DNA from: Pseudomonadota bacterium
GTDB taxonomy: Bacteria > Pseudomonadota > Gammaproteobacteria > Steroidobacterales > MnTg04
Direction of reading: 5' to 3'
DNA: 64,000 bases
Assembly: GCA_022560735.1 (NCBI GenBank)
Contig: JADFSO010000001.1
Span: 144,953-208,952, forward strand
Of this stretch, positions 1 through 9,366 are shown in pieces; positions within the stretch are counted from its first letter, which is position 1; the number at the start of each line of letters is the position of its first letter. The translations under genes were made by a program, and so were the position numbers. The notes beneath the pieces are model-generated. The model was not told the DNA's origin, did not search any database, and worked only from the letters and a program-made list of their open reading frames with translations.

Positions 1-2213
1 GGATCATATACCTGCTCGATGAAATGACCGAACAGGGCCGGGTTTATCGCGTGGACATGCGGCTCAGGCCGTTCGGCGATGCCGGGCCGCTGGTGCTCAG
101 TTTCAACGCGTTGGAGCTTTATCTGCAGGAGAGCGGGCGTGACTGGGAACGCTATGCCTATGTCAAGGCGCGCGCGGTGACGGCTGCGGCGCTGTCTGAA
201 GACCTGTTCAGGAATGTACTGCGACCGTTTGTCTATCGCCGTTATCTCGATTACGGAGTTTTTGCAGCGCTGCGCGATATGCGCGAGATGATCGCCCGGG
301 AAGTAAAGCGACGGGATCTGCGGGAAAATATCAAGCTGGGCCCAGGCGGCATCCGGGAAATCGAGTTCATCGCACAATGTTTGCAACTGATCCGGGGCGG
401 CAGCCAGCCGGCTTTGCGGCGCCGCTCATTGATCGACGTTCTCCTGGTTCTCGAGGAACATCGTTTCCTGCCGGCAGAGGCTGCCGCCGACCTGGCGGAG
501 GCCTATGAGTTTCTGCGCAATCTTGAGAACCGGATGCAGGCCGCGGAGGACCGGCAGACTCACGACTTGCCGAGCGGCAGCCTGGCAAGGGCGATGCTGG
601 TTAGTGCGATGAACCTGTCGGGCTGGGAGCAGCTGGTCGAGACGCTGCGCCGGCATACCCACAAGGTTAGCCATTGGTTCGATAAGCTGATCCCGCAGCC
701 GGCTACCGATGACGACCAGGAAGCGCGCCAGGCATTTGATGGAATCTGGGATGGCAGCGGGTCGGAAGTCGATGCGAAAAAGCTGTTGCAGCGGATGCAA
801 TGCGTCGAGCCCGCGAAAGTGCTCGGTGAACTGCGGACGTTTGCCGACGGGTCCTTGTTCCGGCGGCTGGACCCCCCGGGTGGCGACCGGCTCAGGCAAT
901 TGCTGCCAGCGATAGTCAGGCTGGCAGCGCCCCGGCTCGATGCGCCACTCGTCTTGCAGCGGCTGTTCACGGTGCTGGAAGCGGTAGGCCGGCGCAGCGC
1001 CTATTTTTCGATGCTGAGCGAAAACCCGGCGGCGCTCGAACGGCTGGTCGAGTTGTGCGGCGCCAGCGGTTTTTTGACCCGCCAGGTGGCGGGATCACCG
1101 CTGCTGCTCGATGAGTTACTCGACCCGAACCTGCTAAACATCGTGCCGGACCGGCAGCAGTTCGTCGCCGAGCTGGACAACCGGATCCAGGCGGCTGCCG
1201 CGGACGATCCGGAACAGCAGCACGATGCGCTGCGACGATTTCAGAACGCGGCTGTTTTTCGGGTTGCCCTGGCCGATCTCGACCAGCGCTTGCCGTTGAT
1301 GAAGGTGAGCGACCGCCTGACCGATATCGCCGAGCTGGTTCTGCAGCGCGCCCTGCACCTGGTCTGGGATGAATTGCTCGAGCGACAGCCGGGTCCAATG
1401 GCAACCATGGACGTGGTGGCGCCCGGTTTCCTGGTCCTGGGCTATGGCAAACTCGGCGGACTGGAACTCGCCTACGGCTCCGACCTCGATCTGGTTTTTT
1501 TGTATGACGCCGACCTGGCCTGGCCGCAAGACAAGCTCGAAGACGGCGTGGTGTTTTATAGCCGCCTGGGGCGCCGGCTGGCCAATTACCTGTCCATGCA
1601 AACGCCGGCCGGGCGTTTGTACGAGGTGGACATGCGGTTGCGGCCGAGCGGCCAGGCGGGATTGCTGGTCAGCAGTTTCCAGGCATTCAGCCAGTACCAG
1701 CAACAAAAAGCCTGGACCTGGGAGCACCAGGCGTTGCTGCGCGCGAGACCGGTGGCTGGCGATCAACGCCTGGCTCGCCGCTTCGACGAGCTGCGTGGCG
1801 AGGTGCTGACCCGGCATGTCGCGGAGGATGGGCTGGCGGAGCAGGTCGCCCGGATGCGCAGCAAGATGAGACGCGAATTGTCACGCTCCGCGAGCGGGCA
1901 GTTCGATATCAAACAGGATGCGGGCGGGATTGCGGATATCGAGTTTCTCGTGCAGTACCTGGTGCTGAGAGAGGCGCGCAGGAACGAGCGACTGATTGCC
2001 TGGCCCGACAACATGCGGCAGCTCGAGGCCTTGTCGGCCGGCGGTGTGCTCGAGGCGGACCAGGCCCGCTTGCTGATGGAAACATACCTGGCATATCGCC
2101 GGCGGCTGCATCATTTGTCGCTGGAGGGAAGCGGCGGAGTGGTCGATGGCAAGGAATTCCTTGCACAAGCAAGCGCGGTGAGCGTCCTTTGGCAGGAACT
2201 CATCGGCGAATGA
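1..2213 (+). CDS. glnE: Glutamine synthetase adenylyltransferase/adenylyl-removing enzyme GlnE, 5'-truncated by the window edge
   Basis: The frame is open from the window start (IIYLLDE precedes the first Met at 24). Two nucleotidyltransferase repeats are present, YRVDMRLRPFGDAGPLV and YEVDMRLRPSGQAGLLV, each followed by GGIREIEF / GGIADIEF, as in the two halves of GlnE. Confidence 0.9.
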   Translation, partial: IIYLLDEMTEQGRVYRVDMRLRPFGDAGPLVLSFNALELYLQESGRDWERYAYVKARAVTAAALSEDLFRNVLRPFVYRRYLDYGVFAALRDMREMIAREVKRRDLRENIKLGPGGIREIEFIAQCLQLIRGGSQPALRRRSLIDVLLVLEEHRFLPAEAAADLAEAYEFLRNLENRMQAAEDRQTHDLPSGSLARAMLVSAMNLSGWEQLVETLRRHTHKVSHWFDKLIPQPATDDDQEARQAFDGIWDGSGSEVDAKKLLQRMQCVEPAKVLGELRTFADGSLFRRLDPPGGDRLRQLLPAIVRLAAPRLDAPLVLQRLFTVLEAVGRRSAYFSMLSENPAALERLVELCGASGFLTRQVAGSPLLLDELLDPNLLNIVPDRQQFVAELDNRIQAAAADDPEQQHDALRRFQNAAVFRVALADLDQRLPLMKVSDRLTDIAELVLQRALHLVWDELLERQPGPMATMDVVAPGFLVLGYGKLGGLELAYGSDLDLVFLYDADLAWPQDKLEDGVVFYSRLGRRLANYLSMQTPAGRLYEVDMRLRPSGQAGLLVSSFQAFSQYQQQKAWTWEHQALLRARPVAGDQRLARRFDELRGEVLTRHVAEDGLAEQVARMRSKMRRELSRSASGQFDIKQDAGGIADIEFLVQYLVLREARRNERLIAWPDNMRQLEALSAGGVLEADQARLLMETYLAYRRRLHHLSLEGSGGVVDGKEFLAQASAVSVLWQELIGE

Positions 2214-2247
2214 GACCGCTGCGGATGGCTGTTATGATATGCCTCCC

Positions 2248-2264
2248 GCCGGCGACCCGCCGGC
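2248..2264 (+). terminator. GC hairpin downstream of glnE (GCCGGCG-acc-CGCCGGC), with no U-tract
   Basis: A perfect 7-bp GC stem with a 3-nt loop lies 35 nt after the glnE stop. It is not followed by a T-run, so terminator function is uncertain. Confidence 0.3.
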
Positions 2265-2301
2265 ATAGCGATCGTTGACGGCCAGGCCAGGGAGAATCAC
2301 A

Positions 2302-2556
2302 GTGGCGAGCGAGGGTGCTTCCAGCAAAGAGGTGCAGGCGAAGAGCCTGATCCAGCCAAACACCAGTAATCACTACCGGGTTGGTCACGACGATTTACCG
2401 CTGAGTTGTCCGCTGCCAGGGATGTACCTGTGGAACTCACATCCCAAGGTCTACCTGCCCATCGAATCCACGGGCCGGGCGAAATGCCCGTATTGTTCCA
2501 CCAGCTACGAACTCGTCGATAGCGACCAGGCAACCGGCGCCGGTCAGGCCGGCTAG
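2302..2556 (+). CDS. CHCC-type zinc-finger domain protein (NDUFS6 C-terminal-like), function unknown
   Basis: The conserved core reads PLSCPLPGMYLWNSHPKVYLPIESTGRAKCPYCSTSYEL (C..H..CxxC). The start was moved from TTG 2275 to GTG 2302, which is preceded by GGGAGA at 6-nt spacing. Confidence 0.7.
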   Translation: MASEGASSKEVQAKSLIQPNTSNHYRVGHDDLPLSCPLPGMYLWNSHPKVYLPIESTGRAKCPYCSTSYELVDSDQATGAGQAG

Positions 2557-2570
2557 GCCGGCTTCAGGGG

Positions 2571-3662
2571 ATGAGCACGTCACCCCGGCGGAAACCCTTG
2601 CTTTGTCATGTCAATCTTGCGCGTGGTTTTCGCGGTGGCGAGCGCCAGACCGAGCTCCTGGTGCACGCTTTGTCGGCTCACGGAATCAGGCAGAAACTGA
2701 TCATCAGGGCGGGCGCACCATTGGCACGCCGTCTGGCGGGTTTGCCGGACTTGCGCCTGGTCGAAGCGGGCGGTCTGAGCGGTGGCTTGCTGGCAACCCA
2801 ACGCCTGTTGCGCGGAGCCGCGCTGGTCCATTCCCATGACGGCCGTGGCTTGCATGCCTGTGCGCTCTATCACCGCCTGCATAGTGTGCCGTATATCGCA
2901 ACACGGCGCGTGCTTGGCAGGCCGATACGAGGTCGCTGGGCTCGTGGCGCCTATCGCCGGGCAGCAACCGTGGTCGCTATATCCGCCGCGGTAGAAAAAA
3001 TACTGCGCGACGAAGTGCCGGGGATAAGGACGCGGGTGCTATACGATGCGCTCAGCGCCCTTCCCAGCGACCCCTGTCGGGTCAGACAACTGAAACAGGC
3101 ATGGCCGGAAAAGTTGCTGATCGGCAATGTGGCGGCGCTGGACGGGAAGAAAGGCCAGGTCCATTTGATCAATGTAGCCAGGCGCTTGCAGCATAGCCAC
3201 CCGAACCTGCATTTCGTCCTGGTCGGTGGTGGCGAGGACGAGGAAAATTGCCGCAGACAGGCGCACGGGCTGAACAACCTCAGCATGACCGGGTTTGTAG
3301 AAAACGTCGGGGATTACCTGGCCGCGTTCGACTTGTTTGTTTTTCCTACCTATGCGGAAGGCCTGGGCAGCAGCCTGCTCGATGCGATGAGTTTTTCGCT
3401 GCCGCTGATTGCCAGCAGAGTCGGCGGCATTCCCGAATTGCTCAGGCACGGGGACAATGGCCTGCTGATCGGTGTGGCGGACGAGAAGGCGCTGCACGAC
3501 GCGATCGTATCGCTCGCCGCAGACCCCGCCAGGCGAGCCGCGATGGGCGCGGCCGGCAAACGCTTCGCAGACGGGTTTACCGTGGACCGCATGGTAGGGC
3601 AGTATCTCGATTTGTACGCGAGCGTAGATCCGGGTTTCGGGAAATTGGAAGCACAGACATGA
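2571..3662 (+). CDS. Family 4 (group 1) glycosyltransferase, probably LPS core
   Basis: The C-terminal domain carries the GT4 E-x7-E signature ([30 protein letters not shown]). The gene lies inside the heptose/Kdo cluster and overlaps hldD by 4 nt (ATGA). Confidence 0.8.
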   Translation: MSTSPRRKPLLCHVNLARGFRGGERQTELLVHALSAHGIRQKLIIRAGAPLARRLAGLPDLRLVEAGGLSGGLLATQRLLRGAALVHSHDGRGLHACALYHRLHSVPYIATRRVLGRPIRGRWARGAYRRAATVVAISAAVEKILRDEVPGIRTRVLYDALSALPSDPCRVRQLKQAWPEKLLIGNVAALDGKKGQVHLINVARRLQHSHPNLHFVLVGGGEDEENCRRQAHGLNNLSMTGFVENVGDYLAAFDLFVFPTYAEGLGSSLLDAMSFSLPLIASRVGGIPELLRHGDNGLLIGVADEKALHDAIVSLAADPARRAAMGAAGKRFADGFTVDRMVGQYLDLYASVDPGFGKLEAQT

Positions 3663-4612
3663 TTATTGTGACGGGCGGTGCGGGTTTTATCGGCAGCAAC
3701 CTGGTGCGGGCTTTGAATGCCCGTGGCGAAGACGATATCCTGGTTGTCGATGACCTCGAAAACGGCATCAAGTATCGCAACCTGGTGGACTGCCGGATCG
3801 CCGATTACCAGGACAAGGATGATTTTCTCCGCCGCCTGCAGAGCAAGTCGGATTTTGGCTGCGGCATTCGGGTAATATTTCATCAGGGCGCCTGTGCGAC
3901 GACGACCGAGTGGGATGGTCGTTTCATGATGCGCAACAACTTCGAATACTCGAAAATCCTGCTGCATTTTTGCCTGGACCATAAAATACCGCTGATTTAC
4001 GCGTCATCGGCCGCGGTGTACGGCGCCAGCGAGAAATTCAGCGAACAACCGGCTAACGAGCGCCCGCTGAACGTATATGGCTATTCCAAGATCCTGTTCG
4101 ATCAATATGTCAGACGCCATTTACCCGAAGCCGGATCCCAGTTGGTCGGTCTGCGGTATTTCAATGTCTATGGCCCCGGTGAGGATCACAAGGACGCCAT
4201 GGCGAGCGTCGCTTTTCATTTTCATAAGCAAATCATCGCCGATGGTGAGGCCCGTTTGTTTTGCGGCAGCGGCGGTTATGCCGATGGCGAGCAGCGCCGG
4301 GACTTCGTCTATGTCGGCGATGTTGCGGATGTGAACTTGTGGCTGCTGGACAATGCACAGGTGTCTGGCGTGTTTAACCTGGGCTCCGGCCACAGTCAGA
4401 GCTTTAACGATGTGGCAAATGCGGTGATCGCCTGGCATGGGCGGGGCAGGATCAGATACATACCTTTTCCCGGCCATCTCGAAGGCAGTTACCAGAGTTT
4501 CACCGAGGCCGATATGAGCCGGCTCCGCGCCGCCGGTTACCAGGCGCCTTTTTGCGCCGTCGAAGAAGGCGTAAAAGCGTACCTGGATTATCTTGCCGCC
4601 GATGAGCAATGA
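3659..4612 (+). CDS. hldD: ADP-L-glycero-D-manno-heptose 6-epimerase
   Basis: It begins [20 protein letters not shown] (Rossmann GxxGxxG) and has the YGYSK catalytic YxxxK. The 3248 start in the track runs through the previous gene, so the internal ATG at 3659 was chosen. Confidence 0.9.
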   Translation: MIIVTGGAGFIGSNLVRALNARGEDDILVVDDLENGIKYRNLVDCRIADYQDKDDFLRRLQSKSDFGCGIRVIFHQGACATTTEWDGRFMMRNNFEYSKILLHFCLDHKIPLIYASSAAVYGASEKFSEQPANERPLNVYGYSKILFDQYVRRHLPEAGSQLVGLRYFNVYGPGEDHKDAMASVAFHFHKQIIADGEARLFCGSGGYADGEQRRDFVYVGDVADVNLWLLDNAQVSGVFNLGSGHSQSFNDVANAVIAWHGRGRIRYIPFPGHLEGSYQSFTEADMSRLRAAGYQAPFCAVEEGVKAYLDYLAADEQ

Positions 4613-5633
4613 GGAAAATGCGCAAGCGCGCCTGATCGTCGGTCCGTCGTGGGTCGGCGATATGGTGATGACCCAGTCACTGCTGATGGCGCTCAAGGAA
4701 AATCACCCGGAATCGCCGCTCGATGTGCTGGGCCCGGGCTGGTCGCTACCGGTAATACGCCGCATGCCGCAGGTGCGCAGAGCGCTCGAAATGCCGCTCG
4801 GGCACGGTGAGTTTCGCTGGCGAGACCGCTACCGGCTGGGCAAACAGCTGCGTAAAGAGCGCTACGGGCAAGCCTACGTGTTGCCACGGTCCTTCAAGTC
4901 GGCGCTGGTTCCGTTCCACGCAAACATTCCCATTCGTACCGGATACCTGGGTGAACTTCGTTATGGCTTGATCAACGATATTCGAACAGCCGGCCGCGCT
5001 GCTTTGCAAACCACTGTGCAACGATTTGTCGCCCTCGCTGGCGATGGTGAACGGGTGATGCAAATCCAGCAGCCGGCGCTGGCGGTCGACAATGGCAACC
5101 AGGAACGCCTGATCGCGGAGCTGGAACTCGATCCCTATGGAAAAATCGTCGCGCTGTTGCCGGGTGCCGAATACGGTCCCGCCAAATGCTGGCCGCTGGA
5201 TTATTATCATCGGCTGGCCCATGAGCTGATCAGCCAGGATATTGCGGTCTGGGTGCTGGGTTCGCAAAAAGACCACGCGGCCGGAGAAGTCATAGCGGCA
5301 GGTCTGGGTGCAGTCAGGAACCTCTGCGGGCGCACCGAACTGGAAGACGCGATCGATTTGCTCAGTCTTAGCAGTGCAGCGGTGAGCAATGATTCCGGTC
5401 TGATGCACATAGCCGCGGCGGTGGGGATTCCACTGGTCGCCATCTATGGCTCTTCATCACCGGCCTACACGCCACCGCTCAGCGAAAAGGCGCAGTCGAT
5501 TTATCTCGATCTCGAATGCAGCCCCTGTTTTGAGCGGGAATGCCCTCTTGGCCATTTGAATTGCCTGAAAAAAATCGGCCCCAACCAGGTTCTCGGTGCA
5601 TTACATACGGCACTGGCCAGGATAAACGCCTAG
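4602..5633 (+). CDS. waaF: ADP-heptose:LPS heptosyltransferase II (GT9)
   Basis: The N-terminus [18 protein letters not shown] and overall length are typical of WaaF. ATG 4602 is preferred over TTG 4593. The gene overlaps the hldD end. Confidence 0.85.
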   Translation: MSNEENAQARLIVGPSWVGDMVMTQSLLMALKENHPESPLDVLGPGWSLPVIRRMPQVRRALEMPLGHGEFRWRDRYRLGKQLRKERYGQAYVLPRSFKSALVPFHANIPIRTGYLGELRYGLINDIRTAGRAALQTTVQRFVALAGDGERVMQIQQPALAVDNGNQERLIAELELDPYGKIVALLPGAEYGPAKCWPLDYYHRLAHELISQDIAVWVLGSQKDHAAGEVIAAGLGAVRNLCGRTELEDAIDLLSLSSAAVSNDSGLMHIAAAVGIPLVAIYGSSSPAYTPPLSEKAQSIYLDLECSPCFERECPLGHLNCLKKIGPNQVLGALHTALARINA

Positions 5634-6553
5634 ACCGCGGCCTGAACCGCAGATTTCAGAATATTGATCGGCGCGAGGTCCGCCAGCCGGCAGTTGGCCA
5701 ACGGCACCAGGTGAGTATCGACGAAAGCGTGCTGGCCGGAAAGACTGGCGTGGCTGAGCATATCGGTGAACACCATCCAGGCGGAAAAAGGCCTGAACCT
5801 GATTTGCTGATAATAAGCGTCGCGCCGCTGAAACTCCGGCGTGTCTTTCATGTAGTTGTGAAATTTTCGCATGCAGCGGTCGTACGGGCTGCTGTCCAGC
5901 ACATGCGCCATTTTCAGACCCGATTTTTTCAGCCCGCGAACGATGCCGGTCCGCAGGTGATCGAGAAATTTTTTCTGCAGGTAATTCTTACCCGGATTGT
6001 TTTTGCGTACGCCGGCTGCGCTGCCGAATCTTTGGTATATCTCGGGGAAGGCCCCCTTGGTTGCCCATACCCGGTCCTCGTGCGGGTTTACATTTACGAA
6101 AAAGCGCAGGATGCGGTCGCCATTCGTGGCGCCGTACGCACCGGCATCGAAATGAATCAATTCGTTGCTGGCGTGTGGTTTCAGATCGCGCCCTCGTTCC
6201 TGAATGGGCCTGAAACTGCAGGTTCCGATCGTCCAGCCGGCGGTCAGCGAGGGAATGATTTTTTTGAGGAAAGCGTCGACTTCCTTGCTATGGAGGGTCA
6301 GGATCTTGTGCACCCTGTCCATCGTTTCGGGGTCGGCATCCAGACCGCGAACGGTATCGGCTTCAGGGTGATAGCTGACGTTCTTGAGCGCCAGGCGGGT
6401 TGGTAGTTCATCGCGAATGAACTGCAGCTCATGCTCTCCGGGCAGGGGGATCGGGCATTCCGGGAAATAAATAATATTGCCCTGTTCGAGCTCGTCGGCA
6501 ATCTCGAAGTCCGTGAGCCGCTCGAGTTGTGCCCTGTGATAGCTGATCAGCAT
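5630..6553 (-). CDS. kdoO: Kdo hydroxylase family protein (KdoO-like Fe(II)/2-oxoglutarate dioxygenase)
   Basis: The N-terminal pattern (LEQGNIIYFPECPIPLPGEHELQFI ... LKNVSYHP) and an H-x-D motif (LIHFDAG) with downstream His residues resemble the Kdo hydroxylase family as I recall it. It sits in an LPS context. No search was run. Confidence 0.65.
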   Translation of the reverse strand: MLISYHRAQLERLTDFEIADELEQGNIIYFPECPIPLPGEHELQFIRDELPTRLALKNVSYHPEADTVRGLDADPETMDRVHKILTLHSKEVDAFLKKIIPSLTAGWTIGTCSFRPIQERGRDLKPHASNELIHFDAGAYGATNGDRILRFFVNVNPHEDRVWATKGAFPEIYQRFGSAAGVRKNNPGKNYLQKKFLDHLRTGIVRGLKKSGLKMAHVLDSSPYDRCMRKFHNYMKDTPEFQRRDAYYQQIRFRPFSAWMVFTDMLSHASLSGQHAFVDTHLVPLANCRLADLAPINILKSAVQAAV

Positions 6554-6649
6554 GCTTGGCCGCCTGGTTAGCAGAAAACCATTCTACCCCATTGCGAACT
6601 GACGCAAGCCGCATGGCTGTCGGCGCTGCCACGGGTATACTGACATCCC

Positions 6650-7360
6650 ATGATCGAACACTGCTTGCGCGACGGTGGCCGCGGAATGGTTTATGACCCG
6701 GAGCTGGTCAGCGAGCCGGATTTCAACCTGGGCGACGATTCCTGGTGGCGCGACCGTGGCTGCTTGCTGGGCAAAACCAGCGGCCGCGGCACGGTCTATT
6801 TTGTTGCGGCGGACAAAGGCCAGTGGGCCTTGCGTCATTACCGGCGCGGCGGTCTGATCGGGCGTTGGTTCGACGATCATTTTATCTGGCTCGGTGAAGA
6901 TCGCGGCCGCTCGTTTCACGAGTGGCGGTTGCTGGCCCGGTTGCGCGATATGGGCCTGCCGGTACCGCGGCCGGTTGCGGCAATCTACCAACGCGACGGG
7001 CTGGCCTATACGGCGGAACTGGTGACCGTGAGAATCCCCGGGGCAATACCCTTGTCACAAAGAATGCGAGACGGTGGAGTGGATGCGTCCCACTGGCAGC
7101 TTATCGGGCGGTGTATACGCCGGTTTCACGACGCCGGTTCCTGTCACGCGGATCTGACGGGCCATAACATCCTGCTCGATGACAAAGGCGCTGTGTATTT
7201 GCTGGATTTCGATCGTGGCGATATCCGCGCCGGCGGTGCATGGCAGGCGTCAAACCTCAAGCGTCTTCATCGCTCGCTCAGAAAGATCAGCGCTGAGGAT
7301 GAAAATATCGATGTGACTGCAGCGGACTGGCGATTGCTGATCGAAGCCTATCGCGCATAG
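6650..7360 (+). CDS. kdkA: 3-deoxy-D-manno-octulosonic acid kinase
   Basis: It has a protein-kinase-like core: RHYRRGG, catalytic HADLTGHNILL and YLLDFDRG. Length is about 236 aa. It lies divergent to the kdoO-like gene. Confidence 0.85.
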   Translation: MIEHCLRDGGRGMVYDPELVSEPDFNLGDDSWWRDRGCLLGKTSGRGTVYFVAADKGQWALRHYRRGGLIGRWFDDHFIWLGEDRGRSFHEWRLLARLRDMGLPVPRPVAAIYQRDGLAYTAELVTVRIPGAIPLSQRMRDGGVDASHWQLIGRCIRRFHDAGSCHADLTGHNILLDDKGAVYLLDFDRGDIRAGGAWQASNLKRLHRSLRKISAEDENIDVTAADWRLLIEAYRA

Positions 7361-8307
7361 GCATCGCCGTGCTCTTCCGGGCGATACCTGAAACGCCGGT
7401 GTACCCAGTAGTATTGTTCCGGGCATTCGCGGATCCAGCTTTCGATGACCCGGTTGATCCGCAAAGTATCGGCAAGCGCATCGGCGCCTGGAAAATCATC
7501 CAGCGCGGGCAAAATTCTGAGCTTGTAATGTGGCCGGTTGCCATCCCGGGTCGTCACCAGCGGCAGGACCCGGGCCTGGCTCGATTTGGCGATCAGCGAG
7601 GTGGCGGTGCTGGTGACCGCCGCTTCGCCAAAAAAAGCAACCACGGCGCTCATGCGGCCCCGGCTTCTTTGATCAGGCGCATACCATACGGGCCTGTTGT
7701 TGCGCAGACTTCGAATAATCCCACGCAGGTCCGTCTTTGCGATTGCGGTACGGGCGCAACGTTCCCGGCCACGGCGCATGATTTCCTCCATCAGCGGGTT
7801 ATTGTGCCGGCGGTACATCGCATCATAGGAAAGGCCGGCGATGTTGAGCATACGGCCGCAGATGTCGAGACTCGTGAAATGTGCGGTAAGCAAAATCACG
7901 CCATGACCATCGGCGAGTTCCATGGCGACTTCATCCAGTCCTTCGATCTCGTAAAGGCCCTGCAAACGGCGGTCGGATGCCCACCATGCCATGGCAATTT
8001 CGAAGACCGACATGCCGATATTGCGAAAATTGTCCTTGAGTAACTTCCTGCGACGAGCCTCGTCGAATTCCGGGAAGCACAATTCAAGATTCCTGGCGGC
8101 GAAAAAACGTCTCCCCGGCAAAACGTGGAAAAGAGCTTCTCCGAGCCTGCGCCCCAGCCACAGCTGGACCGATAATGGCAACATGATTGCCAGCCGCAGC
8201 AGGGTCAGCCCTCCCCAGAGCGGCCAGAAACGCGGGCCAATAAACCGCGACAAAGACCCCGGCGGATAATGGATTACAGTTGCTGGTTGTTTATTTTTTG
8301 CGGCCAT
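7348..8307 (-). CDS. Lipid A secondary (lauroyl/myristoyl) acyltransferase, LpxL/LpxM family
   Basis: It has an N-terminal membrane anchor and an HX4D acyltransferase motif (AHFTSLD). The length of 319 aa is typical of HtrB/MsbB. Confidence 0.85.
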   Translation of the reverse strand: MAAKNKQPATVIHYPPGSLSRFIGPRFWPLWGGLTLLRLAIMLPLSVQLWLGRRLGEALFHVLPGRRFFAARNLELCFPEFDEARRRKLLKDNFRNIGMSVFEIAMAWWASDRRLQGLYEIEGLDEVAMELADGHGVILLTAHFTSLDICGRMLNIAGLSYDAMYRRHNNPLMEEIMRRGRERCARTAIAKTDLRGIIRSLRNNRPVWYAPDQRSRGRMSAVVAFFGEAAVTSTATSLIAKSSQARVLPLVTTRDGNRPHYKLRILPALDDFPGADALADTLRINRVIESWIRECPEQYYWVHRRFRYRPEEHGDAYAR

Positions 8308-8361
8308 TTATCGTCTGCGATTTTGCCGGGAGAGTGCGGATCATCTTTGCTCGCCGGCAGG

Positions 8362-9276
8362 CTAATCATACAGGCCGGGATGATTTTTGAACCGCCGGTG
8401 GATCCAGAAATATTGTTCCGGCGCCTGTCTGACCCAGGTCTCAAAAATGCTGTTTAGCAGGTCCGCGGCTTCCTGCGGTTGTTTGGGGAATTCCGTCAGC
8501 GGTTCGAAGTATCGAACCCGGTAGCGGCATTCGCCGGCATCGTCCCGCTCGCGCAAAACCAGGCAGGGAAGACAGCTCGCGCCGGTCGCGGCGAGCAGGC
8601 GTGACAGCGTGGTATTGGTCGCCGCAGGTATGCCAAAAAAAGCCGAGGCTATGCTGTTTGCGCCTGTGTGGGACTGGTCGGGCAGGAAATATACGTTTTC
8701 GCCATTGCGCAGGCCTTTGATCACCTGGCGTATGTTCATCTTGTCGACTTGCTGACCCGCGAAGCGGGAGCGGCCACGGTACATGATCTCATCGAGCAGG
8801 GGCAGGGACAGGCGACGGTAAGGGCCGCTCAACACGCAATCGAGGGAAATCAAACGTGGCGCAAGCTCGACAGTCGTAAAATGCGCGCTGAACAGGATCA
8901 CGCCTTTCCCGCGGCTACGGGCTTTTTGCAAATTCTCCAGGCCATCGCGCCGGACCATTCGCGCCAGGCGCTGGTCATCGGCCCACCAGGCCAGCCCGGC
9001 CTCAAAGATACTGGTCCCGAGCGAGCGAAAATGATTATCGAGCAGCGCTTTGCGTTGCCTGGCGTCGTGATCCGGAAAACACAGCGCAATATTTTTTTCC
9101 GCAATAAGCCGGCGCCGCTTCATCGTGTGTTTGAGAATGAAACCCCATGGGCGACTCAGCGCAAGTTGCCATTTCCACGGCAGCACACAGCAAAAACGCA
9201 TGCCACCAATCAGCAGCCATTCTCCCCAATGCACCGGCGACAAAAACTTGAACAACGGCTTGCGCTTTACTGTCAT
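8362..9276 (-). CDS. Lipid A secondary acyltransferase, LpxL/LpxM family (second paralog)
   Basis: It has the same architecture as the downstream paralog, with the motif variant HX4E (AHFTTVE). The two genes are in tandem. Confidence 0.85.
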   Translation of the reverse strand: MTVKRKPLFKFLSPVHWGEWLLIGGMRFCCVLPWKWQLALSRPWGFILKHTMKRRRLIAEKNIALCFPDHDARQRKALLDNHFRSLGTSIFEAGLAWWADDQRLARMVRRDGLENLQKARSRGKGVILFSAHFTTVELAPRLISLDCVLSGPYRRLSLPLLDEIMYRGRSRFAGQQVDKMNIRQVIKGLRNGENVYFLPDQSHTGANSIASAFFGIPAATNTTLSRLLAATGASCLPCLVLRERDDAGECRYRVRYFEPLTEFPKQPQEAADLLNSIFETWVRQAPEQYFWIHRRFKNHPGLYD

Positions 9277-9366
9277 CGGCGGTTTGTCGCGGAGGCCCGG
9301 GTGCCTTGATCCGCGGGCGCTGTGCTAACATGCCGCCTGGTTTGCCAACTGCTGGCCGTTTTATTC

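Noticed and set aside
3248-4612. Over-long ORF-track starts that would give N-terminal extensions. Affected ORFs: 3248 for hldD, 46348 for bcp, 38963 for gap, 31682 for GIY-YIG, 51258 for ptsN, 28903 for TraB/GumN, 22901 for rnd and 54955 for lptC.
   Set aside because: The extensions overlap the preceding or opposing real genes and are Arg/Pro/Gly-rich. Internal starts with Shine-Dalgarno sequences reproduce the N-termini expected from homologs.
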